64,000 nucleotides of DNA from Leucoraja ocellata (Eukaryota): positions 744,001-808,000 of the forward strand of contig JAWMAR010000471.1 in the NCBI GenBank assembly GCA_036785375.1. The letters are read 5' to 3'. Every line of letters begins with the position of its first letter. Positions within the stretch are counted from its first letter, which is position 1. Position numbers and translations under genes: made by a program. Below are positions 54,187 to 64,000 of this stretch, in pieces. The notes under the pieces were generated by a model that was not told the origin of the DNA, ran no database searches, and saw only the letters and a program-made list of their open reading frames with translations.

Positions 54187-56081
54187 GGATGACTAATGCC
54201 AGTTACCGGGTGAGTCAATAATTGGGGGTGGTTGTGAAGGACCATAGGTGTCTCTACCACCATGTCGTGGAACATTGGGAACCATGGTTGGGTAGGCCAG
54301 TCGGGCACGACCAGAATGCCGGAGGCTGAGTCTGCCTGAATTTTCTGGAGTACCCGACTGATGAGGCAGAAGGGAGGGAAAGCATAGAAAAAGAAATTTC
54401 CCCAATCCAGCGTGAAGGCATCTACCGCTGCTGCCTCTGGGTCTGGTTCCCAAGCCACATACATGGGTAGTTGGTGATTTAGTCTAGACGCAAACAAATC
54501 TATATCTGGCGTACCATATTGCTTGACAATTCTAGCAAATAGTTTCGGGTCCAACATCCATTCGATGTTGTCGTTGAATTTTCGTGACCTGGTGTCCGCC
54601 ACTAAATTTAGCTTGCCTGGTAAATAGGCAGCTGATAGCCAAATATGTCTCTCGACACACCATTGCCAGATTATAGTAGTCAATTTGTCGCATGATACTG
54701 ATTTTATGCCACCCATGTGCTGGATATAAGATACCGCCGTTGTGTTGTCAATCATAATTCTAACATGCACATGCTGCATTTCAGATGCATATGCTTTTAG
54801 CCCATAAAAGGCGGCGAGCATCTCCAAGAAGTTAATGCCCAGTGTTTGTAGTAGCGATGCCTCTGAGTTAGTCCATCTGCCACCTGTGCTGTCTATGGAG
54901 TTAGTAGCTCCCCAGCCTAAAGCACTGGCATCCGTTGTAATGGTTATGTTAGGATTGGTGACGGCGATAGGACTGTGACTGTGCCAAATATTATCGACCC
55001 ACCACTGAAGTTCTGATCTGGCTTCAGTGGGTAACTCCATTTTGCGGTCATAATGCCCCCTATTAAGACGTAGTGCATGACTCCTTGCTCTTTGCAAATT
55101 TTGATAATGCAAGGGCCCATATTGGGCAGCCGGGAATGCTGCTACTATAGAGCCAATGACTCTGGCTACGTGCCGTATCCTTGGTTGCGGTATAGCAATT
55201 AAATGGTTACAAGCTTCGATGAGTGAAAGTTTTTTGTCTCTGGGCAGAGTGACAGTCATATGGATAGTGTCAATAGTGAAGCCTAGGTAATCCATGTTAG
55301 TAGTAGGCTCCAATATTGATTTATCTGGGTGTAGGATGAATCCCAAAGTTTCAAGGAGTTGTTTAGTGGCTAAAACTCCTGCGACAGCTAGTTCCCTTGT
55401 TCTCCCTAATATGAGAACATCGTCCAGATAGGCCACAACTAAATGTTTTTGTTCTCTCAATTTTTTCATGGCCACTTTGAGAATGTTTGTAAATAATCTG
55501 GGAGCTGTCGTTAAATCATTGGGCAAGGCTCTGTACTGCCATAGCTGGCCCATCCAGATAAATTTCAGATATTTGTAATAATCATTATGAATGGGTACTA
55601 AATAGTAAGCATCCTTGATATCTATGCTTGCCATGTAGTATCCCCTGGAGATCAGTTGTCTGGCAGTGACAAATGTCTCCATTTTGAAATGTTGATACTC
55701 AACAGACTGATTAAGTGACGTCAAATCAATAATAATGCGACATCCACCATCTTTCTTGGATTTGAGAAAAATATTTGATACAAAATCGTGCGGCTCGTGT
55801 GTGGTCATTTCTATGATGCCTTTAGCCACGAGCCTATCTAGTTCAGCTTGTCCTTCTACCTTCTCAAATGCTGAGGGAAGGAATACCCTTTGGGGCATGT
55901 GCTGAACTGGCGGTTCTATGCCTGGTTTGAATTCAATTTTGTATCCACTGATACTGTTGAGTATAAACTTATTGTTAGTTAGGGAGCACCAAACATGCTT
56001 GAAGAACCTCAAACGTCCTCCTGTTAATACAACAACCTTTGTCTGTGTATGTTGGCAGGAACCAGACCCACTTACCTCCAT
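54147..56081 (-). CDS. DIRS Pol: reverse transcriptase, RNase H and C-terminal adenine-methyltransferase-like domain
   Basis: SIDIKDAY and YLDD (RT); TTDAS..GWG, INFLE, DNTTA (RNase H); DLFAS and YAFPPF (MT-like). Confidence 0.93.
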   Translation of the reverse strand: MEVSGSGSCQHTQTKVVVLTGGRLRFFKHVWCSLTNNKFILNSISGYKIEFKPGIEPPVQHMPQRVFLPSAFEKVEGQAELDRLVAKGIIEMTTHEPHDFVSNIFLKSKKDGGCRIIIDLTSLNQSVEYQHFKMETFVTARQLISRGYYMASIDIKDAYYLVPIHNDYYKYLKFIWMGQLWQYRALPNDLTTAPRLFTNILKVAMKKLREQKHLVVAYLDDVLILGRTRELAVAGVLATKQLLETLGFILHPDKSILEPTTNMDYLGFTIDTIHMTVTLPRDKKLSLIEACNHLIAIPQPRIRHVARVIGSIVAAFPAAQYGPLHYQNLQRARSHALRLNRGHYDRKMELPTEARSELQWWVDNIWHSHSPIAVTNPNITITTDASALGWGATNSIDSTGGRWTNSEASLLQTLGINFLEMLAAFYGLKAYASEMQHVHVRIMIDNTTAVSYIQHMGGIKSVSCDKLTTIIWQWCVERHIWLSAAYLPGKLNLVADTRSRKFNDNIEWMLDPKLFARIVKQYGTPDIDLFASRLNHQLPMYVAWEPDPEAAAVDAFTLDWGNFFFYAFPPFCLISRVLQKIQADSASGILVVPDWPTQPWFPMFHDMVVETPMVLHNHPQLLTHPVTGISHPCHQKLNLLVSRF

Positions 56082-56083
56082 GT

Positions 56084-57307
56084 TTATTTGTGGGGGCGTT
56101 TTCGATAGGTTTGGCCCAAGGTTGTCCGTGTTGGTGCTGTGGTGGGGCGGCGCATCTTCCCACGGCTCCGCCCTGGGCCCCGCTCTAAAAAAGAGCTCTG
56201 GGGGTAGTGGGAGGCGGTCACCAGGCTTTCACCAGCTCGGTACCTGCTGGTGGATGCCGAGGCGTGCTGCCAACTGGGTGTCTTCACCCTGCTCGGTCCT
56301 GGCGCTGCCCTCATGAGGCCTACAGGTTTGGCCGCCTCTTCCAACTCTTTGAGTTTCTTGGCCAAGTCTGCACCAAATAGCAGCGCCTCCCGTTCCGGCG
56401 CTGGAGCTTTGCAGAGGCCTGCGTATTTCGGATTGAGGGCAGGCCTGATGTTATCCCGCCGTAGGCTGTTGAGCTCGTACGTGGTGTTGCACATCAACGC
56501 CAGTGCATCCTGCTGGGGTATGGAGAGCTCTTCGTTCCCGACGGACCGAGCAAAGGCGGTGATGGCTGCAGAGTGGAGCTTCAGGACCCGCTGCATTTTT
56601 ACCTCCTGAGCCCTGATCTGCTGCCCCAGCTGGTTCCATATTTGCCCGTTGACCGTTTTCACCCGCAGCGCCTCGCAATTCTCTGGCGCTGTATAGGTAT
56701 CAAGGGCCTGCTGGACGACCTTGTCCTGCAGAGGCTTGTTGGAAAGCCTATTGATACTGGCCGCCATTCTAGGTGGTAGTACCATCCCGGTCGTTGGGGG
56801 CGCTGCGTACCGACCCACTACACCCAGTAGCTCTTCTTCTAGCACGCCCGGCATACTGATGTTGTCGTCCGCCTGCCCTTGGGATAGGCCAGCCCAGTCC
56901 TGGCCTCCCTTACTGCCCTCGAACAGAGAGGGTACAGAAGGGTGTGGTGATGGTAAGGAGGAGGCCAAAGCCCGTCCTCCTGGGAGATGCCTAGCCTGCA
57001 TCTCCTCATCAATCATCTGTTCCAGGAGCTGCCTCATGCAGCTGATGCGGGCGTCTCCCCGTTTCGGTGGTGGAGAGCGTTCCCGTTCCTCCGACGAATC
57101 AGAGGACACCGGCCGGTCGGTTTTATGTGTCGCCTTCCTCCCTGTGCGGGGCGTCGATATCGGCAGCACAGGGGGCGGCTCGGTGTCGGGTGAGCGGGAG
57201 CGTTGAAATGGCTCCTCCGCTACGAGTGGCTGCCGCCCAGCTATGGACCCCTCCTCGGGTGGAGTTGGGCAGGCAGTCCTTCTGGCTGGTCGCTTTCGGG
57301 TGGCCAT
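56084..57307 (-). CDS. DIRS ORF1 (Gag-like)
   Basis: Long ORF from ATG (MATRKRP) in the first position of the element; homologous to 47953-49037 of the neighbouring DIRS. Confidence 0.8.
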   Translation of the reverse strand: MATRKRPARRTACPTPPEEGSIAGRQPLVAEEPFQRSRSPDTEPPPVLPISTPRTGRKATHKTDRPVSSDSSEERERSPPPKRGDARISCMRQLLEQMIDEEMQARHLPGGRALASSLPSPHPSVPSLFEGSKGGQDWAGLSQGQADDNISMPGVLEEELLGVVGRYAAPPTTGMVLPPRMAASINRLSNKPLQDKVVQQALDTYTAPENCEALRVKTVNGQIWNQLGQQIRAQEVKMQRVLKLHSAAITAFARSVGNEELSIPQQDALALMCNTTYELNSLRRDNIRPALNPKYAGLCKAPAPEREALLFGADLAKKLKELEEAAKPVGLMRAAPGPSRVKTPSWQHASASTSRYRAGESLVTASHYPQSSFLERGPGRSRGKMRRPTTAPTRTTLGQTYRKRPHK

Positions 57308-57759
57308 AATTCTCCACCGTTGAGCGACTCTGTAACACAAAAAAGGCACTTACCTGAGGTCTTGTCTTTATGCTGCCGCTGGAGAGCCTGGCTCCAGCTG
57401 CTGCCACTGTTGCACTGCTGACGTAATGCCGCGCCTGCGCGCTGGGTGGGTTCTTCACGTAGTCACTCACGTGACTCCGAAGTAAAATTGTGTTTACCTT
57501 TGTGTCATGGGCATAAGTAGACACGGAACGTTTCAAAGAAAGTAAAGGAATGGAGGATGAAAAGTTCAGCACCATGTCGCTATGCCTGTTGTCATCGCGT
57601 GCTCGAGGCGTTACGGCTGGACTCAAAGGAAGGTGGAAACAGTTAACGGTGAGGCTCAATTCCAGAGACATTGAATGTATGTTCCAGTGTATCATAGCGC
57701 ACGGCTCCCCGTGACTACACTCCCGACTGAGCAATTGAACAATGTGCCCGTCCCCCATG

Positions 57760-58836
57760 TCAAATTGATGGCCAGATATGCATTCCAGCGCAGGAGACAC
57801 GTTCAGATATTGATTGCATTTCGAAGGTATTTGTTAAACAATAGATGCGGATAGATTTCAGAGAAAACTCATCGTTACCTAGGGTGTTGCACTCACCCAC
57901 GAAGGGATTTGTGGTGGTATGTTGTTTTACACCATGTTTTCTCAATTTTATTAAACGTACATTTAGGGTGAAGGGGTATTTGAATGCGTGGAGCAGCTGC
58001 TCTCTGAACCTCCTCTGGGCCACGGTGCAAATCAGCGTGTTTGTGCAGGTGTTCAACAGCTGCAGGACAACCCCAGTCCGATCAAATATTGCAAATGGAT
58101 TTAACAATCCCCTGCACCAATATACGCTCGCACTTCGATAGAAAACGAAATGTGCTACAGTTGTGCCCCAGAGCAGCATAAAGCTGCTGGATATCGCGAG
58201 GAGTGAAATAACGGAGCGTCTGCGGTTTCCGATCTCGGCGTCGCCACCATCCAGATCGCGGAGCTTCCTGCAGATCCGACTAGCCACTAAAATACGTCTG
58301 ATCGTGAGCGCATTCAACAGCACAATCAAACCGAACGGAATCACAGGTATTAACAGCTGTTCAGTCCAAGAAAATGCAACCCACGTGGGCAAAGTATAAA
58401 AGTGTATCCCCATTCGGCAACCACACTGTATACCATTATTATCCATGTGGAAATAACCATACGCGAAAGGCCAGGGAGCATTTTGTAAACTGAAGAAAGC
58501 ACTTAGCGTCACGATAACCACCATCGCGGTTTTCTTGGTGCAGCAACTGTTCTTTAGGTTTTGCGTGGAAATGGCCACAAAGCGGTCAAAGGTGAAAGCC
58601 ACGGTGAACCAAACGGAACAGTCTACGGCCGCAGAAGCGAGATAGGACATGAAGCTGCGCGCCGTAATGTGGAGCAAGAACGTGTCCCAACCAATACAGA
58701 TCGGCTATACGATGTAATATGACATCGCCGACAATCACCGCGAGGTCCGCCGTCGCCATGGCGATCAGGTAACGAGTAATGCATTCGGAAAGACCGCACC
58801 TTCCCTGGTACAGAACAGCAATCGCCACCAGGTTCA
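57760..58836 (-). pseudogene. GPR139-like GPCR pseudogene, copy 4 (exon 2 only)
   Basis: 7TM homology is split over two frames by a +1 frameshift near 58690 (TAT TGG TTGG GAC). The TM3 Cys is absent and the paralogous stop is read through (TAA to CAA). A CR1 begins ~12 nt from the acceptor, and no exon 1 was found before copy 5. Confidence 0.82.
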
Positions 58837-58849
58837 CTGGGAACGAAGA

Positions 58850-60002
58850 CTATGAATGCAAACATGCCATTCGCTGTCTACACTGCCTGCTGCACCTGCA
58901 TGCCTACTTTCAATGACTGGTGTACCATGACACCCAGGCTTTGTTGCATGTCACCTTTTCCTAATCGGCCACCCTTCAGATAATAGTCTACTTTCCTATT
59001 TTTTTCCACCAAAGTGGATAACCTCATAATTATCCACATTATACTGCATCTGCCATACATTTGCCCACTAACCCAGCCTATCCAAGTCACCTTGCAGCCT
59101 CCTAGCATCCTCCTCACAGCTAACATTGCCCCCCAGATTCGTGTCATCCGCAAACTTGGAGATGTTGCATTCAATTCCCTCATCCAGATCATTAATATAT
59201 ATTGGAAATAGCTGGGGTCCCAGCACTGAGCCTTGCGGTACTCCACTAGTCACTGCCTGCCATCCTGCAAATGACCCGTTTACTCCTACTCTTTGCTTCA
59301 TGTCTGCCAGCCAGTTCTCTATCCACATCAATACTGAACCCCCAATACCATGTGCTTTAAGTTTGCATACTGATCTCTTATGTGGGACATTGTCGAAAGC
59401 CTTCTGAAAGGCCAGATATAACACATCCACTGGTTCTCCCTTATCCACTTTACTAGTTACATCCTCGAAAAATTATATAAGATTCGTCAGACATGATTTA
59501 CCTTTCATAAATCCATGCTGACTTTGTTCAATGAATTCACCACTTTCCAAATGTGCCGCTATCCCATCTTTAATAACTGACTCTAGCACTTTCCCCACTA
59601 CCGATGTTAGACTAACTGGTCTGTAATTCCCCGTTTTCTCTTCCCCTCGCTTTTTAAAAAGTGGGGTTACATTAGCTACCCTCCAATCCTCAGTAACTAC
59701 TCCGGAATTTAAAGAGTTTTGTAAAATTATCACTAATGCATCCACTATTTCTACGGCTACTTCCTTCAGTACTCTGGGATGCAACTCATCTGGCCCTGTG
59801 GATTTATCGGCCTTTAGTCCATTCAATTTACCTAACACCACTTCCCGGCTAACCTGGATTTCACTCAGTTCCTCCCTTGTTTGACCCCCGGTCCCCTGCT
59901 TTTTCCGGTAGATTATTTATGTATTCCTTAGTGAAGACAGAACCAAAGTAGTTATTCAATTGGTCTGCCATGTCCTTGTTCCCCATGATAAATTCGCCTG
60001 TC
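58850..60002 (-). mobile_element. CR1 ORF2 fragment abutting the GPCR4 splice acceptor
   Basis: [24 protein letters not shown]. Confidence 0.88.
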
Positions 60003-60008
60003 GGAGGA

Positions 60009-60490
60009 TTAGGTTCTGTGTGCGATGGCTGATACGGTGAAAGTTGAGGGACGGGGGACTTTGTCCCTGTTGCGTCTGGAGGAGGGAAGTAACAGAGGAG
60101 TTACGGGATAACGAGAAGACGCGAGTGAGGGACTCATTTGTGGAAGAGGTGAACCCCGGCCGTTAAAGTACGAGAAGAATTCAGATGTCCTGGTGTGGAA
60201 CAATTTATCCTGGGCACACATGCTGCATAGACGGAGGAATTGGGAGTAGGGGATAGAGTCTTTACAGGAGGCAGGGCGGGAAGACATGTCGTCTGGATAG
60301 ACGTGGTAGTCAGTAGGTTTATAGTGGATGCCCGTCGATAGTCTATCTCCTACAATGGAGACGGTGAGATTAAGAAACGGCAAGGAGATAACGGAGATGG
60401 TCCAAGTGAATTTGAGTGCGGGGTGGGAATTAGTTGTGACGTGTTTGAAGTACGGGAGTTCTACGTGGGTGCAGCAGGTAGCCCCGAAGC
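60009..60490 (-). mobile_element. Penelope-like element RT C-terminal fragment
   Basis: FTWTIS..LPFL..YKPTD..SIPYSQFLRL motif. Weaker GIY-YIG-region remnants at ~6510-6615, 24215-24295 and 39700-39775. Confidence 0.75.
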
Positions 60491-61832
60491 AGTCGCAATG
60501 TTTCTCCCCTCTCAATCTGTGAAAGACTCAAAGCTGCAAATGAACGCGACGGAACGGGTCGCCTTCTGATTTACACACGTCATTCAGCAATTAAAATGTA
60601 TTTAACCAATATAATCCTGAACACTGATAAACGCCCATTCATTGTAAGACGATAGAGAAAGGAGCACTCGGAGAGCTATTTTAGATATTTGGGTTTGAGA
60701 AGACTTCAGTCTTTAATGTCAAAGGGAACATCGAACAAGTCTATATGAATCGATATTTTAATGAACATTGAAACGATTCCGGGGAAATTCCATAATTTAC
60801 ATTAACAGCTGTAAACTCGCTTTCTTCTCTCACTGCATTTCTCCAAGGAACTGCCTGCAACTTCGTGAGATAAAGAGATTGATCACCATTTTAACATTAA
60901 CTTACATATTTCACATTTCCTTAATTGATAACAGGAGAAAGAGTCATATATGTCTCTCTATGGCTTTTCATTGCAATGTAATATGAGTTCTGCGAGATGT
61001 TTAACGGGACCCTGCATAGCGTGTCAAAACGAATCTGGAAAATATTTTGCGAAAGAGACCGAAGTCACGATTTATTGTAAATCTGCATCTCCTGGAGCAC
61101 ATTTGACAATGAAGCAGGAATTAACACTACAGGCTCCACGTTTTGTTCCTGAATTTGAATGTTCAGATTTGACGTGTAATATTGTAAAATATTTGAAGAG
61201 TGAGTTATATAACCAGACCGTATCCATTCGTTTATAATTAGTTTAATGTAATCAGTAAGCGCCTCTAAATGGGAATAACAGGTTCTGTTGCAATGGGGCA
61301 CCAAGAATACAGTGAAGCTCCCGTTTAGCTAAATGCAGTAGCTGGAATGTGGGAGACGCAGTCTACTTTAATATCATCAAGCAAATTTGTGACTTAGGCA
61401 CCCACATGAGTGCTTCGAAAAATTAAAATGAGAAGGACGTGGAACGTATCGCGAACTTAGAGCTTTGGGCGTTTAGAGCCTAATGGGTTGGCCGCAGGAT
61501 TGAAAGGAAATCGGGGATGTCGCGGATTTTTTCAATTGGAGATACTGGATGCCGGCTCACGTAGAAATTAACACCGGGTTCCAGACCACCGCCCCTGAGG
61601 AATTGGGAAACGGGCGGCGTTCGTTTTAAAGGGCAGGGGCTTGGGTCTGCGGAGCGGTGAGGGGGGCCGAAACGCCGGTATGCCGTTACGTACCGGGGGA
61701 TATTAATGTTTTAGCCGACAATTAGTGGCATTTTTTTAAAACGTTTTGGAAAGATAGGTGTGATTTTCGTTCAATGATTCCTCTTCAACAGAGATCCATG
61801 AAGTCACACTCGGACAGACTTGTTGCCTGATG

Positions 61833-63520
61833 TCATTTTGAACCGGTTTTGGGAACTTTAACGAACTTTCTAATTAGCGCGACGGGGCATTGAAGTGCGT
61901 GAAGGAACTGCTCTCTGAACTTCCCCTGGGTGACGGTGTAAATCAGTGTGTTTGTACATGTGTTCAACAGCTGCAGCAGGACTCCCGTTTTTTCGACTGT
62001 TTCTAATGAGTTAGTGAAAGCTCTCACCCACATTACGTTGATACATCGAGAGTACACAAAATGAAATACAGTTGTGACCCAGAGCAGGAGAAAGCTGCCG
62101 GAGATGGCAAAGAGTAATATTATGGACCGTTTACGGCTTTCCGTCTCCGGGTCTCCACGAGTGAGATCGCGGAGCCTCCTGCGGACCCGATTGGCCATTA
62201 CAATACATCTCGCCGTGTGCGCATTAAACAACAAGATGAAACAGAATGGAATAACTGGGGTCAACAACGCCTCGGTCCAAGAAAATGCGATCCATGCTGG
62301 CAGGACATAGAACTCCGGTGGGATTCCGCAGCCCCACAGTAAACCATTATACACGTAGAGAGGATTGTAAGCGAAAGGCCAGGGAGCGTTCTGTAAGCAG
62401 ATGAAGGTACTCAGGGTCACAATAATCACCGCCGCGCTTCTCTCGGTGCAGTATCTGGATCTCAGATTCTGTTTGGAGATGGCCACGAACCTATCAAATG
62501 TGAAAGCGACCGTGAACCAAACGGAACAGTCTACGGCCGCGGCGGACAGGAAGAGAATACACTTGCACACAGGAGCAATGAACAGGATTGAGTTCATCCA
62601 ATAAAGATCGGCAATTTGATTTAAAATCACTTCGCAGACAATCACGGAGAGGTCCGCCGTCGCCATAGCCACCAGGTAACAGGTGATGCATTTGGAGAGA
62701 CCGCACTTTCCTCGGGACAGGATCACAATGGCCAGTAGATTCACTAGGGGAGCAAGAAAGAAGCAATGGTGATTATGGGGACAAAACTTCGAGTTGAGTG
62801 ATGGATGGTCATATATTGTTATTTTGCTCGCTTTCGTAAATTGTGAAATGGACGGAGATTTCCTTTGGTTTGAATGTGATCCCTGATACTGCGCTCACGA
62901 ACAAACATTCCACCTAACAGTGAATTAATCTACTGAGAAACAGTTTGAACGGAAGCGTAGAGTGAACAGTACGACTGAAGTTGGTGTTAATCGGGTGCAC
63001 ATTTCGGATCAGCATTTGCTTATTGGTTTGCAACATTTGCAGGGGGCGGTGTACAGTGGAGAATACCTGCACGCGATGCGGCGATCGTTGAAGAAAGTCC
63101 ACAATGAAAATTAATAGAAGCCATAAAAAGGGAGAACATATGGAAACAAAGATAGAGCGGGAAATACAATCGCCCGAGGTTTAAGCACATACAGCCTTTG
63201 TCGCTCAACCGACTTTGGCTGTTACTTCACTTAACAATATTGCAAGGATCATTCTAAACGCCAAACGGTGAAATGCAATGAAACCATACAATAACTATAT
63301 TATCTTCTGGTTATTTCCCCCAAACCCCATTCCCTGAATGCAGCCGAGTATCCAGTACATGTTGTCACATTATTTTAACTTAATCTTCAACATTACCGCT
63401 TCCCAATCAATTGGCCTCACGGTTATCCCACATACAGCCGTCAAGAGACATACCGGGTACTCCAATTGATGCCAGGATTGGGTAATAATAATATTCAACC
63501 GACATGTGCATCCGACCCAT
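61833..63520 (-). CDS. GPR139-like GPCR, copy 5, more divergent (exons 63520-63454 and 62743-61833)
   Basis: Exon 1 is 67 nt, MGRMHMSVEYYYYPILASIGVP G|gtatgt. TAG acceptor; intact 7TM ORF with FTFDRFVAI and NTLIY. Confidence 0.9.
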
Positions 63521-64000
63521 TTCTCCTTCAAAGCGACCTCGGAAACTCAGTACACAGCTTACAGATGTCATAGTGGGAGGTTAAACCGCTTGACATTTAT
63601 AACCCAAGAAGAAGATTCACGAGTTATTGTGATAACCTCCCTGTGGACATTCATTACGGATTTTGCTCCCGTGTGATGTTATACGACAACAATCACGAGG
63701 GTGGTCGTTCGCTGCACATGCACCAATTGAGCGCGTACAGAACTAACACACTGTAAAGTAGGATTGCGAAAAATATTTCGCAATTTAAATATGTTCCACG
63801 GAGGTTGCAGCTGCAGAAAGGTCCGACAGAAATATCAGTCAACAACACACGATCCAATGAGGAACTGCAGATGCTGGTTTAAACAGAAGGTAGACACAAA
63901 AAGCCGGACTAACTCAGCGGGACCGACAGCATCTTTGGAGAGAAATAAATGGTTGGCGGTTCGGGTCACGACCTTCTTCACTGTGAAGAAGGGTCTCGAA

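Larger units (their letters stand above)
52681..57487 (-). mobile_element. Full-length DIRS1-type tyrosine-recombinase retrotransposon
   Basis: 5' end TTTTACTTCGGAGTCACGTGAG at 57487. Inverted terminal repeats, plus an internal complementary region (~52905-53015) matching the 3' extension (52681-52760) and the 5' terminus. Gag, pol and YR ORFs intact; no TSD. Confidence 0.95.

Overview
Eukaryotic, repeat-rich vertebrate DNA. The repeat families and the gene family point to a cartilaginous fish (skate/ray/shark); this is inference, not a database result. The window holds five paralogous two-exon class A GPCR genes of the GPR139/GPR142-like type: four look intact and one is a pseudogene. One apparently functional T-cell receptor alpha/delta-type V segment (leader exon, intron, V exon, heptamer-22-nonamer RSS) sits in the unique spacer of a ~24 kb inverted segmental duplication whose arms carry GPCR copies 1 and 2. 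Two DIRS1-type tyrosine-recombinase retrotransposons lie tail to tail: one has three intact ORFs, the other has decayed ORFs but intact termini and ICR. Both carry matching splice signals that suggest a spliced Gag/Pol/YR expression scheme. The rest is largely CR1, Rex1/Babar-like and Penelope-like retroelement fragments (including hammerhead-ribozyme cores in three GPCR introns), SINEs, a CA microsatellite and two assembly gaps. Repeat boundaries are read by eye and approximate.
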